A DNA stretch of 51,898 bases from Candidatus Dojkabacteria bacterium (GCA_015485585.1 WFTI01000005.1:1-51898); one strand, 5' to 3'; shown: positions 18,626 through 28,591, counted from the first letter of the stretch. Notes: a model not told the origin generated them from the letters alone. Numbers and translations: made by a program.

Positions 18626-19858
18626 GTGAGTAGCATTGCGACTTTCAGTGCACAGAAAATTACCCGATACCCCCGCACCTTTACTACCTTTTTAAAAGAT
18701 GCAGTGGGGGTAATCTTGGCTTTCTTGGTGTTTCTTGTAACCGGTTTTTTTGATGTTATCAAGGCTTTTCTTGTTTTTCTTGTGTTTATAAAAGAGCAGC
18801 TTTGGTGGAGTTTTGTTCGCAGAGGGTACAGGGCAAAATGGATCGTTCTTATTCTGGTTTTTATGATTCTTGCAATCTATGCGGTCGGATATGACACGGT
18901 TCTTTACATGTTTGAACGCTCAAAGGTGTTTGAAAAGGTAAATATATCTCCTATATATGCAGCAGGAACTGCTGACCCTATACTTGCTGAAGAGGCGATG
19001 CTTCTTACAGATGTAAGTGATAACGGGGTATTTACCTACTACACCTACTATACCGTGAAGAAAGGAGATACCCCCACGGGTATAGCCAAGCGGTTTGGTA
19101 TTAAGGTTGAGACACTTCTTTGGGCAAACAAACTTTCGCGTTATAGCCGACTTAAAGTAGGGCAACGACTCAAAGTTCCATTGGCAGATGGTGTGCTTCA
19201 TACGGTGAAGAAAGGAGAAACATTAGAGCAGATTGCTAAACGATATAAGTCAACGGTTGCGGATATCCTTGAAGCGAACTGGTTAGATTCTCCCACGGAT
19301 ATAAAACCGGGGATGGAGATCTTTGTACCTGAAGGTACATTACCAACTGAACAGCTGCAACAACTAGCACGAAGGTTGCGAACCTCAACAAGGGTTTCTT
19401 ACGGTACTGCTAGAAAATCACCTGTTCGTAGTAAATGTGGAGGATTACCTCAGTTTCTTACAGTATGGCCAGTTGAAGGACCAAGCCGTTTCTCAAGAGG
19501 TTCGACCAGATTCCATACCGCATGGGATATCATCTCAAGTACCTCTAACAAACACCCGTATATTCTTGCAGCAGGTAGTGGGAGAGTGGTTTTTGCCGGA
19601 GTAGATGGGTGTGGATACAGAAGAACCCGACGCTGCGGCTATGCATGGCGTATAGATATTGATCATGGAAACGGATATTTAACCCGATATGCTCACCTTA
19701 AGGCAGGAAGCCTGCTTGTGAGGGTAGGTCAGTATGTTAAGGCAGGGCAACGCATAGCCCAGATGGGAGATACAGGATGGGCAACAGGTATCCACCTTCA
19801 CTTTGAGGTAAGAAGAGTAGGTGGAAACCGTTTAAATCCTGCGTGTTTCTTTAAGTAG
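18626..19858 (+). CDS. Membrane-anchored LysM x2 / M23 peptidase
   Basis: N-terminal hydrophobic helices; two LysM repeats (YTVKKGDT, HTVKKGET); M23 motifs HTAWDI, YAHL, HLHFE. Start uncertain (see finding at 18573). Confidence 0.9.
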   Translation: MSSIATFSAQKITRYPRTFTTFLKDAVGVILAFLVFLVTGFFDVIKAFLVFLVFIKEQLWWSFVRRGYRAKWIVLILVFMILAIYAVGYDTVLYMFERSKVFEKVNISPIYAAGTADPILAEEAMLLTDVSDNGVFTYYTYYTVKKGDTPTGIAKRFGIKVETLLWANKLSRYSRLKVGQRLKVPLADGVLHTVKKGETLEQIAKRYKSTVADILEANWLDSPTDIKPGMEIFVPEGTLPTEQLQQLARRLRTSTRVSYGTARKSPVRSKCGGLPQFLTVWPVEGPSRFSRGSTRFHTAWDIISSTSNKHPYILAAGSGRVVFAGVDGCGYRRTRRCGYAWRIDIDHGNGYLTRYAHLKAGSLLVRVGQYVKAGQRIAQMGDTGWATGIHLHFEVRRVGGNRLNPACFFK

Positions 19859-20822
19859 GGATATTTATCAAGATCCAAGGATAATGTTTTTTAACAATCG
19901 ACGAAAGCTTAGTAGGTTCAATTAATCCAAACTCTGTTAGGTATGCAGTAATATATTCTTTGGGAATGGGGTCAAAAGCAGGATTAATGATCTTAAGCTC
20001 TGAAGGAGCATCAGGCCATACCTCCTGTGGGGGGCGAAGTTCAATCTTTACACCGCTTGTATCTGCGTAAAGATTTAGTTTGAGTGAAGGAGTGATGACA
20101 TATACGGGTTTTTTACCTTCTTTGGCAGCAAGGGCGATTGAGTAGCTTCCGACTTTGTTTATTGCATCTCCGTTTGGAAGAATCTCATCAGCTCCTATTA
20201 AAACCGCTTCAACAGGTAAGAAAGAATCATCGGTTATAAATCTGGCTGAGGCTGAGTCTACGATCATTATAGTGTTTATTTTGTGTTTTATAAGGTTTTT
20301 GGCGGTGATACGTCCTTGGTAAAGGGGCCGTGTTTCGGTGACTATAACGGTTTTAGGGAGATGTTTATTGGATTCTATTATTACCGACTCTGCTGTAGAG
20401 GAATGGCAGTGGGTAAAGAGGGTTTGGGCGGGCGCAAAAAGCGCCCGCCCAAACCTCACAATCTCTCTTTTCGATTGAGCAATAATATCAAGATACTCCT
20501 GTAGTATCTTTTCCACCATAGAATAAGCCTCACCAACCGTTACGTCATCGCCATTTGAGGTCGCCATAAACTCTTCAAAACGATAAACAAAAAACCTCAC
20601 ACCGTTTGTAGCAAGCGGTTCATTTGGACGCGCTGTTGCAAGTAGCCAAAGTGAAGATGCAGTATGTTTATAAAGATTTTCTATACTAGAAAAATTCTGT
20701 TGCTTTAACCACTTTTTAACCGCTTCAAAGGTAGCTATTGCAACATTGGTGGCACCCTGTATCTTTATATTTTTAATATCCTCGTATGTTTGCTTTATGA
20801 TAGGATGTGACAGATAGTCCAT
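19851..20822 (-). CDS. Ribose-1,5-bisphosphate isomerase (eIF-2B/MtnA family)
   Basis: IQGAT, RPNEP, THCHS (catalytic Cys), ETRPLYQG, GAD (catalytic Asp), NKVGS, NPAFD. Located near the AMP phosphorylase. Start set at ATG 20822 after TGcTACAAT. Confidence 0.85.
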   Translation of the reverse strand: MDYLSHPIIKQTYEDIKNIKIQGATNVAIATFEAVKKWLKQQNFSSIENLYKHTASSLWLLATARPNEPLATNGVRFFVYRFEEFMATSNGDDVTVGEAYSMVEKILQEYLDIIAQSKREIVRFGRALFAPAQTLFTHCHSSTAESVIIESNKHLPKTVIVTETRPLYQGRITAKNLIKHKINTIMIVDSASARFITDDSFLPVEAVLIGADEILPNGDAINKVGSYSIALAAKEGKKPVYVITPSLKLNLYADTSGVKIELRPPQEVWPDAPSELKIINPAFDPIPKEYITAYLTEFGLIEPTKLSSIVKKHYPWILINIPT

Positions 20823-20863
20823 GTTTGATTGTAGCATCTTCGAGATTGTGGTATAAAATCTTA

Positions 20864-23296
20864 ATGGCGTTCAAGATACCGTATACCGTACGAATATACG
20901 CGCCTGATGATAGTGGTACTACTAAGATTCATTGGTATGTTGATGAGAGTGAGTATCAGGTAGCAGGAGGTTTGTTTTTTGAGGTAGTTTCGCCTGTGCT
21001 TGATACCCAAAACGTTTCATATCTTGCCGGTAAACTTTGGGACACTTTTATAAGTGAATATCTTTCATCGGAGAATAAAGATTTTGAGAGATCCTTGAAG
21101 GAGGGAATAAGTAGTTTGCAGAAAGCTTTGCAAGAACTAGAGCTTAACGAGGGAATAGACGCTAACATCGTTTTGTTTGTTTTTGAAGAAGATAAACATC
21201 TAAACTCCTCTTCGATTGAAGAAGAGAAGAGGGTAATGAAGCTTGCAGTGATAGGAGAAGCTGACATCATACTAGTACGTGAAGGAAAATACACAAACCT
21301 TATGGATTACATCGATTCCAACAAAACCTTAGAGAATCTAGAGTATAACGAGGTTGACATAAACTATAATGATCTTTTGCTTATCTCAAACCGATCGGTG
21401 CTGGTTAATGCGATCGAATCAAACCTTCTTGACCTGTCTGACCTTTATAGCACTTTCAATAGCCTAGAGCAACTTCGCTTATCCCTTGGTTCAGGAAAAA
21501 AGATCTTTGCCCTACTTTTTTCTGAATTAAGCCTTGATACCTTAGAGGCCAAACCCAAGGTAAAAAAAGAAACCCCTCTTAAGAGAAAGGGCAATAAGGC
21601 TATAAGCACCCTCTTTACACAAACTAAAAATCTGATGAAAAATCTGGTTGTACATACCCAGGGGGGTATATCAAAAATAAAGCAACTACTTATACGCCCA
21701 CATACTAAAATAAATACCCCCAGGGGTATATCTCCAAGCCGTGTGGTACCTGAGTCAGACAAAGAAGAATTAAAGCTTTCAGAAACTTTCTCTTCAACAA
21801 GCCCACGTGAAGAGGTAGTTGAGATCGATGTTACATCGCAACCTACCCAGTCTACCCTGAGCAGTTTGCAAGATTACCAAGAACACCAACATTACCAAGA
21901 ACACCAACAAGAAGATCCTGTAGAGTATCTTAGAAAAAGACGATCTTTTATCTATAAACTAAAAACACTCGCAACTGAAACTCTTACTAAGTTAAAACTT
22001 GGCAAGCTAACTGAAAGTTTCCGATTTATAAAGCGCCGTGCTCCCAAAGTGCCTGTAAATGTTCCCGTAAAAGTAGGGGTTGGAGCAAACCGGTATGTCT
22101 ACCTTGTGATTTTTCTAATTGTTGGTATCTTTGCTTTAAGCTGGTACCGAAAATATCAGGCTAAAAAACATGATGCTTCTGTTATTGCAGAATTTAAGGA
22201 GAAATATATTACTCCTTTAAACGACCTTTACACAAACAATGTTCAACGGCTTATTGCTGATGATCCTGAAAATTATATAGATCAGTGTCTTAAACAGGCA
22301 GATGAGGTTATAAATGCGTACGAAAGTTATAAGCTAAGTCTAAAGCTTAAGTCAAATATAAAAGAGCTTGATAACTTAAAAGCAACCGCTGAAAAGATCC
22401 GTTCAGGATGTAAAGAAAAATATTATGAGGTTTACAACATAACACAGGTTAACCTTACTCCTTTAAAAGATTTTAAGGTAGCTTTAGGAGAAGAGAGTAA
22501 TGTGGTAGACATAGATGTTTATCAAGGAGTAATAGTTGCTCTTGATAGAACCAAAAAAGCAGTTTACAAGATAAACCGTGAAAACGGTCAGATAAGTGTG
22601 TTATCAGATCCGTCAGGGCTTATTCAAGATCCTGTATCAGTTGCAATCGGTACTGAAACCATCTTTGTGTGTGATAAGAATAACGGAATCTTATACTATG
22701 ATTCCAAAGCAAACCAGTTTAAGAGTATTAAAAGTACTGTGCCTGAGACGCTTGGTGAAACATGTACTAAGATAGATACATTTGGCAAAAACGTATATTT
22801 CTTAACCGAAGCAGGAAACGTGCTTTATAAAGTAGTAGGTTTGGGGAACCTTAGGTACACTGCTCCTGTTAAATATATAACCTATGAAGAAGGAGCATTG
22901 CTTGATCTTACAATCGATGGAAGTATATATTTCTTGGTAAGCAAAAGTACAGTATCTGGGTATGATGTGGTTAGATTCTACGGAGGAAGATATGATCCTG
23001 CTTTTAGATTAGAAGAGAAAGATGTGGCTCGGTTTAAAGATCCGATAGCGATCTTTACAAATCCAGCAGGGCAGTTTCCGATATACGTGTATGACAGAGC
23101 CAAAAATACGATATTCGTAATTGAGAAGCCTACTCAAGAGAAGCATCCAGGGCTTGGGGTAGTAATAAAAACATACGAGATTTTGTCTCCTTTTGATGGG
23201 GCTGATGATATTGCGGTGGAGTTAAGTGTGGTTACTAATCAAGAAGAAAGAGTATATGTGCTTTCAAAAGGAAGTTTAGGATATTTCAAACCGTAA
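20864..23296 (+). CDS. Hypothetical membrane protein: degenerate PP2C-like N-domain, low-complexity linker, TM helix, coiled region and predicted beta-propeller
   Basis: IGEADIILVREG resembles the PP2C GDS strand; TM helix YVYLVIFLIVGIFALSWY; propeller-like repeats (IFVCDK, IDGSIYFL, IYVYDR). Start set at ATG 20864. Confidence 0.55.
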   Translation: MAFKIPYTVRIYAPDDSGTTKIHWYVDESEYQVAGGLFFEVVSPVLDTQNVSYLAGKLWDTFISEYLSSENKDFERSLKEGISSLQKALQELELNEGIDANIVLFVFEEDKHLNSSSIEEEKRVMKLAVIGEADIILVREGKYTNLMDYIDSNKTLENLEYNEVDINYNDLLLISNRSVLVNAIESNLLDLSDLYSTFNSLEQLRLSLGSGKKIFALLFSELSLDTLEAKPKVKKETPLKRKGNKAISTLFTQTKNLMKNLVVHTQGGISKIKQLLIRPHTKINTPRGISPSRVVPESDKEELKLSETFSSTSPREEVVEIDVTSQPTQSTLSSLQDYQEHQHYQEHQQEDPVEYLRKRRSFIYKLKTLATETLTKLKLGKLTESFRFIKRRAPKVPVNVPVKVGVGANRYVYLVIFLIVGIFALSWYRKYQAKKHDASVIAEFKEKYITPLNDLYTNNVQRLIADDPENYIDQCLKQADEVINAYESYKLSLKLKSNIKELDNLKATAEKIRSGCKEKYYEVYNITQVNLTPLKDFKVALGEESNVVDIDVYQGVIVALDRTKKAVYKINRENGQISVLSDPSGLIQDPVSVAIGTETIFVCDKNNGILYYDSKANQFKSIKSTVPETLGETCTKIDTFGKNVYFLTEAGNVLYKVVGLGNLRYTAPVKYITYEEGALLDLTIDGSIYFLVSKSTVSGYDVVRFYGGRYDPAFRLEEKDVARFKDPIAIFTNPAGQFPIYVYDRAKNTIFVIEKPTQEKHPGLGVVIKTYEILSPFDGADDIAVELSVVTNQEERVYVLSKGSLGYFKP
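21873..21908 (+). repeat. In-frame 18-bp tandem duplication
   Basis: ATTACCAAGAACACCAAC occurs twice in tandem, encoding YQEHQHYQEHQQ. Confidence 0.9.
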
Positions 23297-23345
23297 AGGT
23301 ATAATTCGTTAGTATCTATTAGATTTTAATAGGGAGACTTAAAAA

Positions 23346-23433
23346 GGAGGGGTGCCGGAGTGGTTGAACGGGCTCGCCTGGAGAGCGAGTGTACCCTTTA
23401 TGGGTACCGTGGGTTCGAATCCCACCCCCTCCG
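23346..23433 (+). tRNA. tRNA-Ser (GGA)
   Basis: Acceptor stem GGAGGGG/CCCCTCC, anticodon arm CTCGC-CTGGAGA-GCGAG, long variable arm, GGTTCGAATCC, discriminator G, no encoded CCA. Confidence 0.96.
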
Positions 23434-23465
23434 GGGATAACTAAGTTAATTTGTGATGTTTAAAT

Positions 23466-24164
23466 ATGTTAGGATTTATTAGCCCTTTTCGTAGAGGCCC
23501 GAGGGGAGAATTAAGAGATAAGCGTCCTTTATCAGCAGATGAGGCATTCAGATGGTTGGACGTTTTGGCACGGGAGGGTTATTTTATAAAAGTGCAAGAT
23601 GGGGTTATGTCGGAAGATGTGAAAGGCTCGCAAGAACCAAGGAGTAGTGAATCATCTTCCGATTGGAGACGGGGTTTACGCTCTTTGGGGGGTGGTTTCT
23701 TTATAGGAAGAAATCCTGTTGGTACCGAAAGGGGTCATTCTGTCCTCTTTGTAGGTGTGTACTTTAGAGGAGCCCGATTATTAAAACTTCAGCCAGGTGA
23801 TGAAATAGATCATGCTTTCTCTTTGCTACAACAACCGAATAACTCAGGAGTAATAGTTCTACCTTTTCAGTTTGATCAGCATAGCCAGGGAGTTTCCAGC
23901 AAAATCGGATCAGAACTCTTAGGACATATGCAGGATGAAACAGAACTTACACTTTCGGTTATTGATAGTGACAGAAATATGATCGCGAGTGTACCTCTCC
24001 GTTTAGTTCCACTATCTAGAGAAGAATTAAAATCTTTTGCTTCTGAGATATCTACAAGTTTAGAGCATTTTTTAAGAGGTAAAGGTGTAGATGCGAATAC
24101 AGTGAAGAAAATAATTCAAGAATGGGAGGAGATGATTGTAAAATTTGTTGAGGCTAGGAGCTAG
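23466..24164 (+). CDS. Hypothetical protein
   Basis: 232-aa ORF directly after the tRNA; no motif recognised. Confidence 0.6.
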   Translation: MLGFISPFRRGPRGELRDKRPLSADEAFRWLDVLAREGYFIKVQDGVMSEDVKGSQEPRSSESSSDWRRGLRSLGGGFFIGRNPVGTERGHSVLFVGVYFRGARLLKLQPGDEIDHAFSLLQQPNNSGVIVLPFQFDQHSQGVSSKIGSELLGHMQDETELTLSVIDSDRNMIASVPLRLVPLSREELKSFASEISTSLEHFLRGKGVDANTVKKIIQEWEEMIVKFVEARS

Positions 24165-24242
24165 GGCATAGCGATAGATGTAAGTTAATTTTAAACCTAT
24201 ACAATCCTTCCCAATTTTTCCGCCCCTGTGATATAATTCTTT

Positions 24243-24554
24243 ATGGCGTTAGAGACGGTGAGAGAACAACCCGTAGGAGTTGAGAGCTCGAGGGAGAATG
24301 TCATCCCCGAAAACAATGGGGCTTCGAGAGTTCAACCATCCAGTAGCGGGCATAGTGCGAATGGACCAAAGGATACTGGTGAAATCAACCATTCCACCCC
24401 TGTTGAAAGTCTTGAGCCTACTCAATCTGTGCGTCCCCAAGGAGAAAAACCGTTGGTGACTTCTACAAATGGGGCTGCAACATTAGCGTGGGAAACGTAT
24501 TATAATAAAGTAGGCCGTGAGGGGTTGAAGATAATCTATCTCCCTAGACCTTAA
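24243..24554 (+). CDS. Hypothetical low-complexity protein
   Basis: 103-aa S/P/E-rich ORF with TGaTATAAT 5 nt before the ATG. Confidence 0.6.
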   Translation: MALETVREQPVGVESSRENVIPENNGASRVQPSSSGHSANGPKDTGEINHSTPVESLEPTQSVRPQGEKPLVTSTNGAATLAWETYYNKVGREGLKIIYLPRP

Positions 24555-24581
24555 TCTTCTTTACTTATTATATACTCCTAT

Positions 24582-26981
24582 ATGAACCTATTGGGGGGGC
24601 CTGTTATTTTTGTGCTTATTTTGCTTGTGGCATTGTTTGGGGTATGGTTTATTGTTTTCTTGAAACAATGGAGAGAAGAAGCAAAAGAGAAAACAATGTT
24701 AAAGTATAAACTGCTTTTGGTTAGGGTTCCTTTTAAAAATGAGATACCTCCTAGGGCGATGGAGCAGGTTTTTAGCTCAATTACTGCTCTTTATAAAAAG
24801 ATTCCTTGGTATAAAAGGTTAATATATGTGCCTGAGCCCATTAGCTTTGAGATTATCGCATATAAAGATTACATAGGATTCTTTGTTTATACCCCTGCTG
24901 ACTATGCTCAGTTTATTGAGAAGCAGATCTTAGGAGCTTATCCTGATGCTGAGGTTATTGAGGTTAAAGAGCCTGTGTTTATTCATCCTGCATCACATCT
25001 TGCAATGGGAGAGATTACCTTGTCAAACACTAAACAGCGCTATCCTATAAAAACATACACTGAGTGGGAAAAAGAACATGATCCATTAGCTACAGTTGTT
25101 GGAGCTTTTGCCAACATGCAATATGGCGAGGGAGCATCACTTCAGATTTTGGTTGTTCCACGCGATCAAGGTTGGGCAAAGACACTTCTTAAAAATCTTG
25201 AGACTGAAGAGAAGAAAAAGTTTGATAAACCTGAGCCTGATAAAAAGGCTCCGAAACTTAAACTTACTGATACTCAGATGCAGTATCTTCGTAAGAAGAT
25301 CTCAAAGGTGGGGCTTGATGTGTACATACGAATACTTGCCTCAGCAAACGATATGGTAAGTGCGCGGGGAAGATTACAAGCAATCGCGGGAGCCTTTGCT
25401 CAGTTTACTAACCCGGGTTTGCAAGGTTTTAAATTTAGAGAGATCTCTAAAAAAGAGGAGAAACGTTTTATTAAAGATTTTATCTACCGTAGGGTTCCTG
25501 ATAAGACTAAGCCTATGATTTTAAATGTAGAAGAGTTAGCTACGATCTACCATTTTCCGAACAAGATGGTTGATATTCCTGGAATTGATTGGTCACTTGC
25601 AAAAACAGCACCCCCTCCCCATAATCTGCCGACAAAGGGTGTACTTTGGCTTGGAACATCTATTTATCGAGGTACTAAACGTCCTGTGTATTTTGCCTCT
25701 ATTGATGACAGAAGGCGCCATATGTATATCATCGGGCAAACAGGTACTGGGAAATCTTGGTTTTTAGCAAATATGATCTTACAAGACATATACGCAGGAC
25801 GAGGTTTGGCAGTGCTTGATCCACACGGAAGTTTAATCGAACTTATTCTTGATCGTATACCTCCTAAACGGGTAGAAGATGTAATCTACTTTAATACAGC
25901 CGATAAATACCATCCTATAGGGTTTAATATTCTTGAGCACAAGAATGAGTTTGAAAAACATGAGATTATTAATGGATTTTTGGCGTTGATGAAAAAGATG
26001 TTTGACCCACATGATCAAGGGATAGTTGGGCCACGCTTTGAACGTGCTGTACGTATGGCGATGTTAACAGTGATGTCAGACCCGCGTTCTACCTTGGTGG
26101 AGGTGTTGCGCGCTATTCATGATGAGGATTATGCAAGGAGCTTTTTGCCAAAGATTAAAGACCCTGAGGTTATAAACTACTACCAAAGTGAGCTTGCTAA
26201 AACCGATAGATTCCACAAATCTGAGATTTTAGGGTGGATTACATCAAAGTTTGACAGATTTGTGACAAACATCTTTATGCGAAGTATCATAGGACAGAGC
26301 AAATCTTCGTTTGACTTAAGACAGGTAATGGATGAAGGAAAGATCTTGCTTGTAAATCTATCACAGGGTTTGATCGGTGTAGAGAATGCGCAGTTTTTAG
26401 GACTTTTGATTGTTCCTAAAATACTTCGTACAGCATTAAGTAGAGAAGATATGCCCGAAAAAGAGAGAAAAGACTTCTTTTTATATGTTGATGAGTTCCA
26501 GAACTTTGCTACTGAAGATTTTGCGAAGATCCTCTCAGAAGCGCGAAAATATAGGCTCTCACTTATTGTTGCAAACCAGTATATATCTCAGATGACAGAG
26601 AAGGTTCGTGATTCTGTGTTTGGGAATGTCGGAAACCTTGTGTCTTTTAGGGTGGGTGCTGCTGATGCCGAGTATCTTGAGAAGGAGTTTGCTCCGATAT
26701 TTACAAAAGAAGATCTTGTGCATATTCCAAATATTAACTGTTATATAAAGATGCTTATTAACGGGCAGGTCTCTCAGCCCTTCTCACTTAATACTTACTA
26801 TGAGATAGATAAAAGATATCCTAAGTACAAGGGGGTTCGTGAAAAGATCGTAGAGATTGCTCGCACAAGGTATGCAAGACCGCTTGAGGAGGTAATCAAA
26901 GAGATCGATGAGAGGGCAAAAGGATATAATCCAAAGCCTTCAAACGCGGTGTCTGATATGCGCCCTCCAACACATATTTAG
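24582..26981 (+). CDS. VirD4/TraG-like coupling ATPase (type IV secretion DNA-binding / HerA-FtsK-like)
   Basis: N-terminal TM helix; RRHMYIIGQTGTGKS, LDPHG, LYVDEFQNF, SEARKYRL. Confidence 0.88.
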   Translation: MNLLGGPVIFVLILLVALFGVWFIVFLKQWREEAKEKTMLKYKLLLVRVPFKNEIPPRAMEQVFSSITALYKKIPWYKRLIYVPEPISFEIIAYKDYIGFFVYTPADYAQFIEKQILGAYPDAEVIEVKEPVFIHPASHLAMGEITLSNTKQRYPIKTYTEWEKEHDPLATVVGAFANMQYGEGASLQILVVPRDQGWAKTLLKNLETEEKKKFDKPEPDKKAPKLKLTDTQMQYLRKKISKVGLDVYIRILASANDMVSARGRLQAIAGAFAQFTNPGLQGFKFREISKKEEKRFIKDFIYRRVPDKTKPMILNVEELATIYHFPNKMVDIPGIDWSLAKTAPPPHNLPTKGVLWLGTSIYRGTKRPVYFASIDDRRRHMYIIGQTGTGKSWFLANMILQDIYAGRGLAVLDPHGSLIELILDRIPPKRVEDVIYFNTADKYHPIGFNILEHKNEFEKHEIINGFLALMKKMFDPHDQGIVGPRFERAVRMAMLTVMSDPRSTLVEVLRAIHDEDYARSFLPKIKDPEVINYYQSELAKTDRFHKSEILGWITSKFDRFVTNIFMRSIIGQSKSSFDLRQVMDEGKILLVNLSQGLIGVENAQFLGLLIVPKILRTALSREDMPEKERKDFFLYVDEFQNFATEDFAKILSEARKYRLSLIVANQYISQMTEKVRDSVFGNVGNLVSFRVGAADAEYLEKEFAPIFTKEDLVHIPNINCYIKMLINGQVSQPFSLNTYYEIDKRYPKYKGVREKIVEIARTRYARPLEEVIKEIDERAKGYNPKPSNAVSDMRPPTHI

Positions 26982-27005
26982 GTTTTGTTGCTTATGAGAC
27001 TATTT

Positions 27006-28475
27006 CTATCTGGATTTTTGCTTTGTTTTGAGGTATTCTTCTGCTAACTTTAAAAGTTTCTGTTTCGTGTTAAGTTTCGGATCATCAAGCACCCTTTCAA
27101 GTAAGTAGTTTAGTATCTCTCCGACTAAGGGTCCTTGAGGTATCTTTAGGTGCCCCATTATATCGTGGCCGTTTACTTTAAGGTCACTTACCTTTAAAGC
27201 ACTATCTTCATCAAGCACCTTTTTGATATGTTTTTTAAGAGCATTAATCTCAGGGTACGGATCTTCAGCCTTAGGATTAGATGTAGCATCAGCGATCCTT
27301 AAAGCAAAAAGATCATCGAGATACTCAAGCCCAACCCTCCTTATAAAGCGTCTTACTGCTGCATCGCTCCATTTTGAGGGAGGAGTTTTCTCTTTAAAAT
27401 CTTCAAGATAATTAGGATAGTAAAACATATGCCAACGGATTAAGGTAGTCACATGCTGAATAATACGGTTTGAGAACCTAAGCCGTTTTAAGATCTTTTT
27501 TGCCATTTGGGCAGAGAGAACATCATGGCCATAGAAATGTCCATCGGGGCGTTTGGTTTGGGGTTTACCTATATCATGAAGCAGAGCTGCAAGCCTTACC
27601 TCTAGTTTAGGGGGAGCTTTATCGGTAGTGTAAAGCAGGTGATGGTATACATCGTGAGTATGCCCTAAGGGTTGGGTAACTCCGTAACAATCCAGAAGTT
27701 CAGGAATTACAAACTGTAAAAGGCCAGTTTTTCGCATACATTCGATGCCTAGAGAGGGCTTTTTTGCTTGCGTTAAAAGTTTAACAAGCTCAGTCTGGAT
27801 CCGCTCTTTTGAGATAAACTTTATAAGATCAAGAACCTGCAAAATAGCGTTGTACGTGTTTTCTTCTATCTTAAACTCAAGCTGAGCCCTGAATCTACAT
27901 GCCCGAAATGCGCGTAGGGGATCTTCTTTAAACCGCGCTAAAGGATCTCCTACGGCTTTAATGAGTTTGTTTCTAAGGTCAGAGTACCCTCCATAAGGAT
28001 CAAGAAGATCAAGTGTCAAAGTATAAAGATGATTTTTAGGAACCCCTTTTTTAAGTGTAGAGACTGCTTGTTCTAGATTTGCCGCCATAGCATTTATCGT
28101 GAAGTCACGTCGTTTTAAGTCTTCATTAATATCTGTTACAAACTCTACTTTAGAAGGGTGACGATAATCCCTATAATCAGCTTCGATTCTAAAGGTTGTG
28201 ATCTCAATGTTTACGTATTTTTTCTCTTCTTTTAGGTAGATTGGTACTAAGACCGTTCCGAAGGCAACTCCTACTTCTTTGGCGTTTCTAAAAAGTTTTA
28301 AAAGGGTGTGGGCATGGGCATCTGTGGCGATGTCGTAATCATCAGGAAGCTTTCCTAAAAGGGTGTCACGCAAGGCTCCTCCCACTAGGTAGGCTTGGTA
28401 ACCGTTAGAGATTAACATTTGGGCAGTTTCAAGTACATAGTGGGGAAGTTTTATTGTGATCTGTTTTTTCTCCAT
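27006..28475 (-). CDS. cca: CCA tRNA nucleotidyltransferase with HD domain
   Basis: VGGALRD, DYDIAT, DLKRRDFTINAMA, EDPLR, ERI, LLHDIGKP. Start set at ATG 28475 after TATAAT. Confidence 0.92.
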   Translation of the reverse strand: MEKKQITIKLPHYVLETAQMLISNGYQAYLVGGALRDTLLGKLPDDYDIATDAHAHTLLKLFRNAKEVGVAFGTVLVPIYLKEEKKYVNIEITTFRIEADYRDYRHPSKVEFVTDINEDLKRRDFTINAMAANLEQAVSTLKKGVPKNHLYTLTLDLLDPYGGYSDLRNKLIKAVGDPLARFKEDPLRAFRACRFRAQLEFKIEENTYNAILQVLDLIKFISKERIQTELVKLLTQAKKPSLGIECMRKTGLLQFVIPELLDCYGVTQPLGHTHDVYHHLLYTTDKAPPKLEVRLAALLHDIGKPQTKRPDGHFYGHDVLSAQMAKKILKRLRFSNRIIQHVTTLIRWHMFYYPNYLEDFKEKTPPSKWSDAAVRRFIRRVGLEYLDDLFALRIADATSNPKAEDPYPEINALKKHIKKVLDEDSALKVSDLKVNGHDIMGHLKIPQGPLVGEILNYLLERVLDDPKLNTKQKLLKLAEEYLKTKQKSR

Positions 28476-28527
28476 TTTCAATTATAAACCAATCGATGGT
28501 TAGTTAATTAAGGGAATAGTAATATAT

Positions 28528-28556
28528 TTGACAAACAACTTTTGCCATCCTATAAT
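28528..28556 (+). promoter_or_regulatory. Consensus sigma70 promoter
   Basis: TTGACA at 28528-28533, 17-bp spacer, TATAAT at 28551-28556. Confidence 0.8.
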
Positions 28557-28591
28557 AGAGTAACAAACTCTAAGATAACTTTGTATAAGTT

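Noticed and set aside
23346..26981. Integrative element at tRNA-Ser carrying a conjugation system
   Set aside because: No integrase, relaxase or VirB4 is present, and I saw no duplicated tRNA 3' end. Solitary VirD4-like genes are common in CPR chromosomes.
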